Part shown: positions 21,507 through 33,207 of the stretch, in pieces
Layout: every line of letters begins with the position of its first letter
How positions within the stretch are numbered: position 1 is the stretch's first letter
Source of the DNA: Methylocapsa sp.
GTDB lineage: Bacteria; Pseudomonadota; Alphaproteobacteria; Rhizobiales; Beijerinckiaceae
Length of the DNA: 62,972 nt
Direction: 5' to 3'
Assembly (NCBI GenBank): GCA_043739325.1
Contig: JAYUFK010000270.1
Location: 1-62,972 of the forward strand
Notes under the pieces: generated by a model
What the model saw: the letters and a program-made list of their open reading frames with translations, nothing else
What the model was told of the DNA's origin: nothing
The model's database searches: none
Translations under genes and position numbers: made by a program

Positions 21507-21664
21507 AGTTTGACCTCCCGGTATCTATGCCCGCGGTCTGTTCGACCGCTGGTTATTTGCTGCTGGCGCCCGAAACTCAAGCGTTCGTCCCGGGCGGCTT
21601 TCGCATTGCACGAACGCCCTGACCGCGCTGCCCGGCAGAATGTCGAAACGCTCGTTCAAGGTCA

Positions 21665-21692
21665 AGCCCTCGACCTACAGCCCTCGACCTAC
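21665..21692. repeat. 14-bp perfect tandem duplication
   Basis: AGCCCTCGACCTAC x2 between coxG and coxS. Confidence 0.8.
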
Positions 21693-21716
21693 GACTTTAG
21701 TCCACCTCGCTTTTTT

Positions 21717-22175
21717 TTACGCTGCTGGAGGCGCGCTGGCGGCGGCGGCGAAGTTGGCGAAGAACTGATCGGCCATCTTTTTCGCCACCCCATCGATCAG
21801 GCGCGAACCCAGTTGGGCGATCTTGCCGCCGACATTGGCCTGGACGTCGTATTTCAGCAGCGTGCCGCCCGGCGCATCGCTCAGCGCGACTTTGGCGCCG
21901 CCCTTGGCGAAGCCCGCAATGCCGCCTTCGCCCTCGCCGTTGATTGTATAGCCATTGGGCGCGTCAATGTCTGACAGTTGCACCTTGCCTTTGAAAGTTG
22001 CGCCGACTGGCCCGATCTTGATCTTGGCGACCGCCGCGAACGAAGTGTCGCTCGTCTTGTCCAGCGATTGGCAACCAGGAATGCAGGTTTTGAGCACCGT
22101 CGGATCGTTCAGCATCGCCCAGACTCTTGGCCGATCCGCCGGCAACGTCACTTCGCCCGTCATCGTCATCGCCAT
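21717..22175 (-). CDS. coxG: CoxG (SRPBCC) protein
   Basis: VWAMLNDPTVLKTCIPGC, GGKIAQLGSRLID. Confidence 0.9.
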   Translation of the reverse strand: MAMTMTGEVTLPADRPRVWAMLNDPTVLKTCIPGCQSLDKTSDTSFAAVAKIKIGPVGATFKGKVQLSDIDAPNGYTINGEGEGGIAGFAKGGAKVALSDAPGGTLLKYDVQANVGGKIAQLGSRLIDGVAKKMADQFFANFAAAASAPPAA

Positions 22176-22881
22176 GTGCGTGGTCCCTCCCTGATTGTGC
22201 CGCTGGCGCGCGTCGCGAACGCATTTCGCGCCGCACGTGGTTGGCTGAACTTGCAGCTTGGGTCAGCTTCCTCCTCGTAAGGTCGCCGCCGCCAAATGTC
22301 TCTGGCGCCAAAGTACACCTCATCTCCCGGCGTCGACACAATAGCGGAGGCGCCGCGACGATGCCCGCAGGAGAGGGCGAGCATATGTCTGACTATTTAT
22401 TTCGTTCAGGCTGCAGAAATTCGAAAGGCTTCAGTCTGTCTTCCCGCTTCCTCCCGGTTTGACGCAACTTAACGCGAATAATTTCGACTCTTCACACAAT
22501 TTTTGTGCACGCCGACCAAGAAAACGTTTGAATTTCGCAGGACATTTGCCGCGACTTCGTTGAGTATCCATTCAACGATAAGGTGGCCAATCAATAGCGG
22601 CCGGGCCAGAACGGGGGGGCAGAGTGGACGTCGACGGCATCGAGCTGTTGTCCGGATATTATCGCAAAGGCGTGCCGCAGACGTCACGCGAACCAATCCC
22701 TGTTTGACAAAATTATGAATTCTGTCGATTGCCGCTTACGCTGGCGGCGGATATGAAACGCTGGGGTAGGCGGAAGACGGCGTGGGCTCGCGCTCACGCC
22801 AAAAAGAAACGACAGGGTCGCCGTCGGTAGGTGGCGCAGATCCTGTATATGGGTGAGAAACTTTCGGGGGCGTGACAGCGC

Positions 22882-23796
22882 ATGGATAACTTCCTGCAAC
22901 AGTTGATCAATGGGCTTACGCTCGGTTCACTCTACGGCCTGATCGCCATCGGATACACAATGGTTTTCGGCATCATCGGCATGATCAATTTCGCCCACGG
23001 CGATTTGTTCATGCTCTCGGCCTTCATCGCGCTGCTGATCTTTCTCTTCCTGACCAAGATCCTCGGCGTCGCCTCGCTGCCGCTTGCCTTCGTCGTCGTG
23101 CTTGTCGTCGGGATGGTGCTGACATCGGTGTGGAACTGGACCATCGAGCGCATCGCCTACCGCCCGCTGCGCGGCTCGTTCCGGTTGGCGCCGCTGATTT
23201 CGGCGATCGGCATGTCGATCTTCCTGTCGAATTTCGTCCAGGTCGTGCAGGGCCCGCGCAACAAGCCGGTGCCCCCGATGTTTGGCGACTTCATGCACTT
23301 AACCGCAGGTGGACTCGACGTGCGCCTGCAATACAAACAAATCGTGATATTCGTCGTAACCGGCGCTCTGCTATTCGCCTTCTGGTGGCTGGTGCAGAAA
23401 ACGGCGCTGGGACGCGCGCAACGCGCTTGCGAGCAGGATCGCAAGATGGCGGCGCTACTGGGCGTCGATGTCGACCGGACGATCTCCATCACCTTCGTTA
23501 TTGCCGCCGCCCTCGCCTCGGTCGCTGGCGTTCTCTACATGATGAAATACGGCGTGGTGAATTTCTCCGACGGCTTCCTGCCCGGCGTCAAAGCCTTTAC
23601 GGCGGCGGTTCTGGGCGGCATCGGCTCGCTTCCCGGCGCGGTGCTTGGCGGGTTGCTCATCGGCCTCATCGAAGTTTTCTGGGCAGCTTATTTTTCCAGC
23701 GATTACAAGGATGTGGCGGCATTTTCTATCCTGGCGATCACGCTGATCTTCATGCCCTCGGGCATTCTGGGCCGCCCTGAAATCGAGAAGGTTTAA
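22882..23796 (+). CDS. livH: branched-chain amino acid ABC permease
   Basis: [25 protein letters not shown]...[18 protein letters not shown]. Confidence 0.95.
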   Translation: MDNFLQQLINGLTLGSLYGLIAIGYTMVFGIIGMINFAHGDLFMLSAFIALLIFLFLTKILGVASLPLAFVVVLVVGMVLTSVWNWTIERIAYRPLRGSFRLAPLISAIGMSIFLSNFVQVVQGPRNKPVPPMFGDFMHLTAGGLDVRLQYKQIVIFVVTGALLFAFWWLVQKTALGRAQRACEQDRKMAALLGVDVDRTISITFVIAAALASVAGVLYMMKYGVVNFSDGFLPGVKAFTAAVLGGIGSLPGAVLGGLLIGLIEVFWAAYFSSDYKDVAAFSILAITLIFMPSGILGRPEIEKV

Positions 23797-23798
23797 TA

Positions 23799-25196
23799 AT
23801 GGCCGCGACCGCTCAAAACATCGACGCCGCAGCCACTGGCGGCTATTTCGCCAAGACGCTCAAGGATGGTCTGGCCGCAGCCGTCCTGACCTTCTTCCTG
23901 GCGTTTCCGATCATCATGCTGCATGCGGAGGCGGACAACGACGGCAACCTGTTCCTGACCTGGCGCCCCTGGGCCGTGCTGATCCTATGCGCCCTCGCGT
24001 TCGTCGGCCGCGTTCTCGTCACGCAATATCAAAGCCGCCCGATTGTCGATCGCCCCGTCGTCGCGGTTGGCGAGCCATCCGCGGCATCCGCCTTCCTCGC
24101 CCGCTACATCGGCCTGATCGGGCTGGCGGTTCTGTTCGTCTTTCCGTTCGCATCGCTGTTCTTTTTCGGCAAGGCCGGCTCGCTCAAGTGGATCGACTCT
24201 TATGGCATCCAGATCCTGATCTATGTGATGCTGGGCTGGGGCCTCAACATCGTGGTCGGCCTCGCCGGCCTGCTCGATCTCGGCTACGTCGCGTTCTACG
24301 CCGTCGGCGCCTATTCCTACGCCTTGCTGGCGACGACGTTCGGGCTTTCGTTCTGGATTTGCCTGCCGCTGGCGGGCATTCTAGCGGCGATGTGGGGCAT
24401 GATCCTTGGCTTCCCCGTCTTGCGCCTGCGCGGCGACTATCTCGCCATCGTGACGCTGGCGTTCGGAGAAATGGTCCGCCTCGTGCTGGTCAATTGGGTG
24501 CCATTCTCAGGCGGCGGCGCCGGCATCGCGTCGATCCCCAAGATCACGTTCTTTGGCATCCCCTTCCGGGACCAGCCCGGCGGCTTCGCTGAATTCTTCC
24601 ACCTCGACTACGCGTCCGTGCACGCCAAGATCTTCCTCTATTACGTCATTCTCTGTCTCGCGCTGATCACCAATTTCGTTACGTTGCGCCTGCGCCGCCT
24701 GCCGATAGGCCGCGCCTGGGAAGCGTTGCGCGAGGATGAGATCGCCTGCCGTTCGCTCGGCATCAATACGAGAAACACCAAGCTGACGGCCTTTGCGCTT
24801 GGCGCGTTTTTCGGCGGTCTTGCGGGCTCGTTCTTCGCCGTCCGTCAGGGCTTCATCAGCCCCGAGAGCTTCACGTTCAACGAATCCGCGACGGTTCTCG
24901 CGATCGTCGTGCTGGGCGGCATGGGCTCACAGATCGGCGTTGCGCTGGCCGCGGTGTTTCTGATCGGCGGTTTCGAACTGTTGCGGGAGCTCGACTGGCT
25001 CAAGCAATTGATGAATTTCGTTTTCCACATTCCCGACTTCGATCCGGCGCAATATCGCGGACTGCTGTTCGGGCTGTCGATGGTGGTGATGATGGTGCTG
25101 CGGCCCAGAGGCTTTATCTCGACGCGCCTGCCGTCAATCTTTCTCAAGGAGCGGAAATCCGTGTCGGGCTCGCTGGTTAAAGAGGGGCGCGGCTGA
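23799..25196 (+). CDS. livM: branched-chain amino acid ABC permease
   Basis: [45 protein letters not shown]. Confidence 0.95.
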   Translation: MAATAQNIDAAATGGYFAKTLKDGLAAAVLTFFLAFPIIMLHAEADNDGNLFLTWRPWAVLILCALAFVGRVLVTQYQSRPIVDRPVVAVGEPSAASAFLARYIGLIGLAVLFVFPFASLFFFGKAGSLKWIDSYGIQILIYVMLGWGLNIVVGLAGLLDLGYVAFYAVGAYSYALLATTFGLSFWICLPLAGILAAMWGMILGFPVLRLRGDYLAIVTLAFGEMVRLVLVNWVPFSGGGAGIASIPKITFFGIPFRDQPGGFAEFFHLDYASVHAKIFLYYVILCLALITNFVTLRLRRLPIGRAWEALREDEIACRSLGINTRNTKLTAFALGAFFGGLAGSFFAVRQGFISPESFTFNESATVLAIVVLGGMGSQIGVALAAVFLIGGFELLRELDWLKQLMNFVFHIPDFDPAQYRGLLFGLSMVVMMVLRPRGFISTRLPSIFLKERKSVSGSLVKEGRG

Positions 25197-26100
25197 TGCG
25201 CTGGCAATCCAATCCGCTGCTCGTCATCGAGCATCTGACAATGCGCTTCGGCGGCCTTGTCGCCGTCAACAACCTCACCTTCCAGGTCGGTCGCGGCGAC
25301 ATCACGGCGCTGATCGGACCGAACGGCGCGGGCAAGACGACCGTCTTCAACTGCGTCACGGGCTTTTATAAACCGACCGAGGGCCGGCTGGCCCTAGCGC
25401 GCGAAGGCATCGCCGCGACGGCGGATGTCGAGGCCTTGACGCGCTCCTCGGCGAAACACGCCAATACCGCTTCGGGCGACCTGTTTCTTCTCGAGCGCAT
25501 GCCCGGCAACGAAATCGCCAAGAACGCCAAGGTCGCGCGCACGTTCCAGAACATCCGGCTGTTCCAGGGCATGACGATCCTGGAAAATCTGATGGTCGCG
25601 CACCACAACCGGCTGATGCAGGCGAGCGGCTTTACGGTGCTCGGCATGTTCGGCGCGTCGTCCTATCGCGCCAGCGAAGCTCAGGCGGTCGATCGGGCCA
25701 AATACTGGCTCGACAAGATCGGACTGATCGATCGCGCCGACGATCCCGCCGGCGAATTGCCGTATGGCGCGCAGCGCCGTCTGGAAATCGCCCGGGCGAT
25801 GTGCACCGACCCGATCTTGCTTTGTCTCGACGAGCCCGCCGCGGGACTTAACCCGCGCGAATCGGCCGATCTCAACACACTGCTGAATTCCATCCGCGAC
25901 GATCACAAGACATCGTTGCTGCTGATCGAACACGACATGTCTGTGGTGATGCAGATCTCCGACCATGTCATCGTACTCGACTACGGCACCAAGATCGCCG
26001 ACGGCACGCCCGTCGACGTCCGCAACGATCCAAAGGTCATCGCCGCCTATCTCGGCGTCGCCGATGAAGAAGAACTCGCGGTCGCAGAAGCGGAGATCGG

Positions 26101-26104
<4 letters not shown>
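25196..26104 (+). CDS. livG: branched-chain amino acid ABC ATPase
   Basis: GPNGAGKTT, ARTFQNIRLF, LDEPAAGLN, IEHDM. Confidence 0.95.
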
Positions 26105-26870
<766 letters not shown>

Positions 26871-26874
<4 letters not shown>

Positions 26875-27218
26875 TGCACGGCATCATCTGGGCGGACACG
26901 GACTACGGCCTGCTCTCGTTCGTCATCCTCACCATACTGGGCGCTGCCGCCGCTTGGGCGATCGGCAAAGCCTTCGCTACGTCCTGGAGCCCGCTCTGGC
27001 TGATCCTCCCGGCCACGGCGTTGCTCTCGGCCGGCGTTCGCTTCCTGCACTTTTCCCTGTTCCAGGAGAAGCTGCTGTCCATCCATTTCTACCTCATCAT
27101 CCTGATCATCACGCTCGCCGTAAGCTGGCTGAGCTACAACTCGACGCGGGCCAAGCAGATGGCGACGCAATATTCATGGGCTTTTGTTCAATCCGGGCTG
27201 GCTTGGCGCGAGCGCTAA
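26871..27218 (+). CDS. small membrane protein of rhizobial liv operons
   Basis: Three hydrophobic helices, VRFLHFSLF, QMATQYSW; overlaps the livF stop. Confidence 0.75.
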
Positions 27219-27383
27219 GCGACTCAACCGCCAAATTCACCTATTAGACGAAAGATTCAGCAATGGCGCCGCCGTTTTGGGATGACTCTTGTTTAGAAAC
27301 AGGCTTCTATACCCACAAGCGGTGGAATTGATGTCTACCGACGGACGCCGGTTTTCTAGCGTCCGGAAACAAGGGAGTGACGT

Positions 27384-28499
27384 ATGAAAAAGTATTTGTT
27401 GTCCGGCTTGATTGTCGCCGCTGGTCTCGCTTTCGCGGGCGCAGCGAGCGCGCAGATCAAGATCGGCGTCGCCGGTCCGATCACCGGCCCTAACGCATCT
27501 TTCGGCGCGCAGCTGACCACGGGCGTCGCGCAAGCCGCCGCCGACTTCAACGCCAAGGGCGGCATCCTCGGCCAAAAGATTGAAGTCGTGCAAGGCGACG
27601 ACGTTTCCGATCCCAAGCAAGGCGTTTCGGTCGCCAACAAGTTCGTCGGCGACGGCGTCAAGCTTGTTGTGGGACACTTCAACTCCGGCGTAACCATCCC
27701 CGCCTCCGAAGTCTACGCCGACAATGGCATCCTCTTCATCACCCCCTCGGCGACGAACCCGAAGGTCACCGACCGCAAGCTCTGGGACGCTTTCCGCACT
27801 TGCGGGCGCGATGACCAGCAGGGCAAGCTCTGGGCCGATCTCGCCCTTGGCCAGTTGAAGGACAAAAAGATCGCCATCGTCCATGACAAGACCCCATACG
27901 GCCAAGGCCTCGCCGACGCCGCCAAGGGCTTCATGAACGCCGGCGGCAAGAAGGAAGTCCTCTACGAAGGCGTCAATGTCGGCGAGAAGGACTATTCGGC
28001 GATCGTCTCGAAGATCAAGGCTTCCGGCGCCGAATATCTGATGTGGGGCGGCCTGCATACTGAAGCCGGTCTCATCATCCGCCAGATGCGCGACCAGGGC
28101 ATGAACACCATCATGATCTCCGGCGACGGCATCACCGACAACGAGTTCGCCTCGATCGGCGGCCCAGGCGTTGAAGGCACGTTGATGTCGTTCGGCCCGG
28201 AACCCCGCAACAACCCGGCGGCCAAGGAAATCGTCGCGGCGATCAAGGCGAAGGGTTTCGAACCGGAAGGCTACACGCTCTATTCCTACGCGGCGATGCA
28301 GATCTTCCAGCAGGCAGCGGAAAAGGCCAAGTCGCTTGATTCGAAGAAGATGGCGGAAGTCATGCACTCCGGCATGGCCTTCAAGACCGTCATTGGCGAT
28401 ATCGCCTATGACAAGAAGGGCGACCGCACCACTGTCGACTATGTCTGGTACGTCTGGAAGAAGGACGACGCAGGAAAGATCACCTACAAGCAGATGTGA
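27384..28499 (+). CDS. livK: branched-chain amino acid ABC substrate-binding protein
   Basis: Signal peptide, GPITG, GHFNSGVTIPAS, RTCGRDDQQG. Confidence 0.93.
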   Translation: MKKYLLSGLIVAAGLAFAGAASAQIKIGVAGPITGPNASFGAQLTTGVAQAAADFNAKGGILGQKIEVVQGDDVSDPKQGVSVANKFVGDGVKLVVGHFNSGVTIPASEVYADNGILFITPSATNPKVTDRKLWDAFRTCGRDDQQGKLWADLALGQLKDKKIAIVHDKTPYGQGLADAAKGFMNAGGKKEVLYEGVNVGEKDYSAIVSKIKASGAEYLMWGGLHTEAGLIIRQMRDQGMNTIMISGDGITDNEFASIGGPGVEGTLMSFGPEPRNNPAAKEIVAAIKAKGFEPEGYTLYSYAAMQIFQQAAEKAKSLDSKKMAEVMHSGMAFKTVIGDIAYDKKGDRTTVDYVWYVWKKDDAGKITYKQM

Positions 28500-28532
28500 T
28501 CATTCGTCGCTTCTGGCGATCGGAATGAAACC

Positions 28533-28565
28533 TGAAGCCCGCCCTCACCGGCGGGCTTCATTTTT
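28533..28565 (+). terminator. intrinsic terminator after livK
   Basis: TGAAGCCCGCC-ctcacc-GGCGGGCTTCA followed by TTTTT. Confidence 0.85.
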
Positions 28566-28804
28566 GGGATCACACGAAATCCTATTGTGGATCATGCAAA
28601 AAGCGTCAATCTAACATATAATTTATGTTATATTTGGTCCTGAAGGAACCGCCGCACGCGTGGGTGCGCGGAAAAACCGCACTCATCGCCTTGATTTCAT
28701 TTGAAACCCCGCGCGGATTGTCCGTCGGCTATGATCCGGCTGATCGGAGCGCCGCCGCCCTCGGCTCAACGATAAATCGGACGAACGATTGAGCCGGAAG
28801 CCTA

Positions 28805-29533
28805 TCACCCGATCTGCCCCAGGCCGGGAAATGTCTCCAACAGCCAGAACGAAGCGCTCTGGACGCCGCCGCTGAGAAAGCCGATGCCGGTGAGCACCAG
28901 AAGAGCTCCCACAAGCTTTTCCAGCCGCGCGAACTGGCCGCGAAAGCTCTTTGCCCAGGCCAGAAACGGCTCCATCAGGAAGGCCGCGATGATGAACGGC
29001 GCGCCAAGGCCGATCGAGTAGGCGAGCAGCAAGAGCGCGCCCCGGCCCGCGGTCTCCTCAGACCCCGCGACGGCAAGGATCGCGGCCAGGATAGGGCCGA
29101 TGCACGGCGTCCAGCCGAAGGCGAACGCCAGGCCCATGAGATAGGCGCTCCACAGGCCAGGCGGGCGGGCGATCTCGAGCCGCTTCTCGCGGAACATCGC
29201 GCCGATGCGCAGCGCGCCGAGAAAGTGCAACCCCATCACGATAATGCCAAGTCCGGCGGCGATCGACAGAACATGGCTCCACTGGCGCACCAGCGCGCCG
29301 AATACCGACGCGGTGGCGCCGAGCGAGACAAATACCGTGGAGAAGCCGAGCACGAACAGCACGGCGGCGAGGATCGTCTTGCGCCGCGCCTGCGCCTCCC
29401 CTTCGTCGACGAGTTCCTCAAGCGTCGTGCCGGCGAGGTAGCACAAATACGGCGGCGCCAGCGGCAGCACGCAGGGGCTCAGGAAGGAAATCAAGCCGGC
29501 GGCGGCTGCGGCGGGAAGCGAAATATCAGTCAT
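28805..29533 (-). CDS. ccdA: cytochrome c biogenesis protein CcdA
   Basis: SFLSPCVLPL and FGWTPCIGPILA cysteine motifs. Confidence 0.92.
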   Translation of the reverse strand: MTDISLPAAAAAGLISFLSPCVLPLAPPYLCYLAGTTLEELVDEGEAQARRKTILAAVLFVLGFSTVFVSLGATASVFGALVRQWSHVLSIAAGLGIIVMGLHFLGALRIGAMFREKRLEIARPPGLWSAYLMGLAFAFGWTPCIGPILAAILAVAGSEETAGRGALLLLAYSIGLGAPFIIAAFLMEPFLAWAKSFRGQFARLEKLVGALLVLTGIGFLSGGVQSASFWLLETFPGLGQIG

Positions 29534-29663
29534 GTCGGCCCTTGTGGCCCACCCGTTCGAACCGGGCAAGATGCGTTGTGTTCAAACATCCTTCGCTGGC
29601 GGCGGGAGTTTGTTTCAAGCGCCGCGCCAAAGCCCATCAATGCTTCGGCCGATAAAGGCGGCG

Positions 29664-29921
29664 CTACTGGCGCGAGCGTACGGAAAATTCGCCAAGCCGC
29701 ACGCGCTCCGAAAGGCGTTCCGCCAGCGCCACGACTTTTTCCTCGCCGTGCGCCGCGATCAGTTCGCGAAAGGCGGCGCAAAATGCCGCTTCGGCGAAAG
29801 CATCGACGCCAATACCGTCAAGCACCGCCTCCGCGAAGGCTTCGCTCACGTATGTGAGCGCGGCGCGCCGGGCGTCCGCGGCGGAGAGTTCGTCAAGCGA
29901 AAGGGCAAAGACGGCATGCAT
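29664..29921 (-). CDS. conserved small hypothetical protein
   Basis: AALTYVSEAFAEAVLDGI...HGEE...GEFS resembles a recurring alphaproteobacterial helical protein. Confidence 0.65.
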   Translation of the reverse strand: MHAVFALSLDELSAADARRAALTYVSEAFAEAVLDGIGVDAFAEAAFCAAFRELIAAHGEEKVVALAERLSERVRLGEFSVRSRQ

Positions 29922-30057
29922 GGCCAGCCACTCTATTGCGAACCCACGCCCCGCGCGACTTGCGTCTTTAAGAAGGGTTAATTTGCGACAGGTCTGGATT
30001 CGGCTCGAATTAGTGTCTCGTCAACCGCAGCATGGCGCGCGCCGCGAGCCGTCATCG

Positions 30058-32352
30058 TCACAAGATGGCTGGCGAGCGAAGCAATTGCTCAATTTTGGCA
30101 GGTGGAACCGGCCAGCTGAAATACATCCCCTGCATTTCATCGCAGTCGTTTTCGCGCAGGAACGTCAGTTGCTCCGCCGTCTCGACCCCTTCCGCGATGA
30201 CGCGCAGGTCGAGTTTGTGGCCCAGCGAAATCACCGCGCCGGCAACCGCCTTGACGTTCGTGCTGGCCGCCCCGATGTCATGGATAAAAGACTTATCGAT
30301 CTTCAACCGCCCAACCGGGAAATTCTTCAGCGCGCTGAGGCTGGAATAGCCTGTTCCAATATCGTCGATCGAAAATTGCACGCCGCGCGCTCGCAGGTGC
30401 TGCATTGTCGCCACGGCCTTACCGACGTCCTGCATGATCAGACTCTCTGTCAGCTCAAGTTCGAGACAATTCGGGTCGAGCCGGCTTTGCTCCAGCGCCT
30501 CAAACACGCGCGCGATCCAATCGGCCTGCGAGAATTGACGCGCCGATACATTGACGCTCATCGCTATGGGCGGCAGACCGGCGTCGCGCCATGCCTGGTT
30601 CTGACGACATGCGGTGTGCAACACCCAATCGCCGATTTGTTCGATAAGGCCGACTTCCTCGGCCAGCGGGATGAAATAGGCGGGCGATATGCGGCCCATT
30701 TTGGGGTGATTCCAGCGCACGAGCGCTTCGACGCCGAAGATGCGCGATGTTCGGAGATCGACGAGCGGTTGATATTCCAGGCTCAGCTGCGAAAGAGCGA
30801 TGGCGTCGCGCAACTGCTCCTGAACCAGCAACTTCTTCTGCATCTCGGCGTTTAACTCGGGCGAGAAGAACTGAAAGTTGTCGCGACCGAATGCCTTGGC
30901 GCGGTACATCGCGGCGTCAGCGTTGGCCAACAGCATTTCCGCGTTGCCGCCATGATCGGGATAGTTCGCCACGCCGAGGCTCCCAGTGATGCGGATCGTG
31001 TGCCCTCTGAGGAGCATGGGCTTGGCGATCGCGGCGCGTATCGAACGCAACGCCGCCGTCAACGCGCCCTTGTCGTCGCGTTGATCGGCAAGCAGAATTG
31101 AAAATTCATCGCCGCCGATGCGCGCTACCAGATCGCCCGCGCGCACGCTTGCCGCCATGCGATCGGCGACGCACTTGAGCAATTCGTCGCCGGCGCCGTG
31201 CCCAAGGCTGTCGTTTACCAGCTTGAAATTGTCGAGATCGACAAACACTACGGAGGCCGAACCACCGTAGTCGCGCGCCTGCGCCATTGCCACGTTAACC
31301 CGATCCTTGAAAACCGAACGAACCGGAAGCCTGGTAAGAGCGTCGTGGGTCGCGAGAAACTGAATGCGATCTTCGGTCTTTTTGCGCTCTATGGCGACGC
31401 CAGCGAGACGAGAGCCCCGGGCAATGATTCGCATTTCAGCCGGCGTCGGTTCGCGCACCGATTTCAGATAGATCGCAAAAGCGCCAAGCACCGCGGCGTG
31501 TTGCGAAAATGTCGGCGTCGACCAGCACGCGCGATAGCCATGCACGAGCGCCAGATCGCGATAGTCTTGCCACAACGGATCAGTCAGGATATCGGCGGCG
31601 ATGACTGTCTCGCGCCGATAAACCGCCGTGCCGCAAGACCCGACGCTTGGGCCAATTTCAATACCGTCGATGGCCTTGAGATAGGCCGGCGCCATGCTTG
31701 GCCCGGCGCCATGTCGCAAGTGAACGGCTTCGTTGTCCCGCAGGAGAATTGCGCACGAAGCGCCGCCTAACTGCGATTCAACATGGAGTGCGACATGATC
31801 GAGAATCGCTTCGAGCGGCGCGCCGATGGCGATCATCTCCATGATCTTGGCTTCGTCATCACGCAAGCGATCGAGGATTTTTCGCTCGGTTATATCGCGC
31901 GCGATGCCAACGATGCCGACAATTGCGTCGCGCTCGTCGCGCAATGGAGCCTTGGTCGACAACAGCCACTTTTCGACGCCCCTGGAATTGATAATATTCT
32001 CGAGCAATCCAGACACGCCCACGCCGCTCTCGACGATGCCGAACTCCACGTCGCGAAAGGCCTGGGCGACGTCAGCGGTGTGAATGTCAAAATCTGTCAA
32101 GCCGATCATTCGGTTGGGTTCGGCAAAACCTGAATCGGCGGCGATCGCCCTGTTGGCGACAATGAACCGACTTTCCACATCCTTGACCCACAGATAGTCT
32201 GGCACTTGGTCGATCAGCGTCTGCAGCGAAATGCGCTCCGCCGATTGATCGAGCGTCAGCCGCCGCAGCCGGGCGAGTTCGCTCAACAACCCTCCGCTCG
32301 TTTCATCCGCGTCAACCAGCGCAAATTTTGTCGAAGTGGTCGCGCGAATCAT
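30058..32352 (-). CDS. PAS-GAF-GGDEF-EAL protein
   Basis: PAS (WVKDVESRF), GAF (GSCGTAVYR), ARIGGDEF, VEALVRW, DDIGTGYSS. Confidence 0.92.
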   Translation of the reverse strand: MIRATTSTKFALVDADETSGGLLSELARLRRLTLDQSAERISLQTLIDQVPDYLWVKDVESRFIVANRAIAADSGFAEPNRMIGLTDFDIHTADVAQAFRDVEFGIVESGVGVSGLLENIINSRGVEKWLLSTKAPLRDERDAIVGIVGIARDITERKILDRLRDDEAKIMEMIAIGAPLEAILDHVALHVESQLGGASCAILLRDNEAVHLRHGAGPSMAPAYLKAIDGIEIGPSVGSCGTAVYRRETVIAADILTDPLWQDYRDLALVHGYRACWSTPTFSQHAAVLGAFAIYLKSVREPTPAEMRIIARGSRLAGVAIERKKTEDRIQFLATHDALTRLPVRSVFKDRVNVAMAQARDYGGSASVVFVDLDNFKLVNDSLGHGAGDELLKCVADRMAASVRAGDLVARIGGDEFSILLADQRDDKGALTAALRSIRAAIAKPMLLRGHTIRITGSLGVANYPDHGGNAEMLLANADAAMYRAKAFGRDNFQFFSPELNAEMQKKLLVQEQLRDAIALSQLSLEYQPLVDLRTSRIFGVEALVRWNHPKMGRISPAYFIPLAEEVGLIEQIGDWVLHTACRQNQAWRDAGLPPIAMSVNVSARQFSQADWIARVFEALEQSRLDPNCLELELTESLIMQDVGKAVATMQHLRARGVQFSIDDIGTGYSSLSALKNFPVGRLKIDKSFIHDIGAASTNVKAVAGAVISLGHKLDLRVIAEGVETAEQLTFLRENDCDEMQGMYFSWPVPPAKIEQLLRSPAIL

Positions 32353-32456
32353 CGTGCCGGTCCAAACTGTCTCGCTGCAGAGCTTTGGATTAAACTCGTC
32401 TGTGCAATCTATAGTTGTATTTCTAACAAAGGCTTAAAGCCGATCAGGGACATGAA

Positions 32457-33161
32457 ATGTGCGGACGTTTCGCCATAACCTTGCCTCCAGAGGCCGTGCG
32501 CGGCTTCTTTGCGTATGTCGAGCAGCCGAACTTTCCGCCGCGCTACAACATCGCCCCGACGCAGCCGATCCCGATTGTCGCCGCGCAAGCGCACGCTGGC
32601 GGCATGACGCGACACTTCACTTTGATGCGCTGGGGGTTCTTGCCCGGTTTCGTCAAAAACCCCAAGGAATTCCCGCTCATTATCAATGCTCGCGCTGAGA
32701 CGATCCTCGAAAAAGCCAGCTTCCGCGCCGCGGTCAAACGCCGGCGTTGTCTCGTCATCGCCGATGGTTTTTACGAATGGCGGCGTGGGCCCGGACCAGG
32801 CAAGCGGCCGTTTCTGATCCGCCGCGTCAACGGCGAACCAATGGGCTTTGCCGGCCTCTACGAAACCTGGAGCGATCCGAGCGGCGGCGAGATTGACACC
32901 GCCTGCATCATCACGACCCCGGCCAATCAATTGATGACGCAGGTGCATGACCGGATGCCGGTCATCATCGGCCGCGCCGATCATTCGCGTTGGCTCGACA
33001 ATGACGGCGTCGAGGCGGCGGATGCGATGGCGCTGGCGCGCCCCGCCCCGGAGGAGGCGCTCGAACTGATCGAGATTGCCGTCGCGGTCAACAAGGCGGC
33101 AAACGACGGGCTGGAACTGCAGGCGCCTTTGGGCGAACCGATCCGCGCTCCGGCTGCTTGA
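32457..33161 (+). CDS. SOS response-associated peptidase (SRAP/HMCES/YedK family)
   Basis: MCGRF N-terminus, RYNIAPTQ, INARAET, GFYEW, HDRMP. Confidence 0.93.
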   Translation: MCGRFAITLPPEAVRGFFAYVEQPNFPPRYNIAPTQPIPIVAAQAHAGGMTRHFTLMRWGFLPGFVKNPKEFPLIINARAETILEKASFRAAVKRRRCLVIADGFYEWRRGPGPGKRPFLIRRVNGEPMGFAGLYETWSDPSGGEIDTACIITTPANQLMTQVHDRMPVIIGRADHSRWLDNDGVEAADAMALARPAPEEALELIEIAVAVNKAANDGLELQAPLGEPIRAPAA

Positions 33162-33207
33162 ACACAGGGCGTCGACGCGCGATCCTGTTCCCAGCAAGGA
33201 AAGACAA

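Noticed and set aside
22385-22462. 25-aa ORF MSDYLFRSGCRNSKGFSLSSRFLPV after a GGAGAGG motif between coxG and livH
   Set aside because: No recognisable motif, terminator or leader-peptide codon bias; compatible with chance.
28606-28633. dif site
   Set aside because: One XerD-like arm is present, but CATAT and TTATG are 3 bp apart instead of the 6-bp central region, and the XerC arm does not fit.
29968-29981. Full CtrA box upstream of the small hypothetical gene
   Set aside because: TTAA-N6-TTAA has the wrong spacing (consensus is N7).
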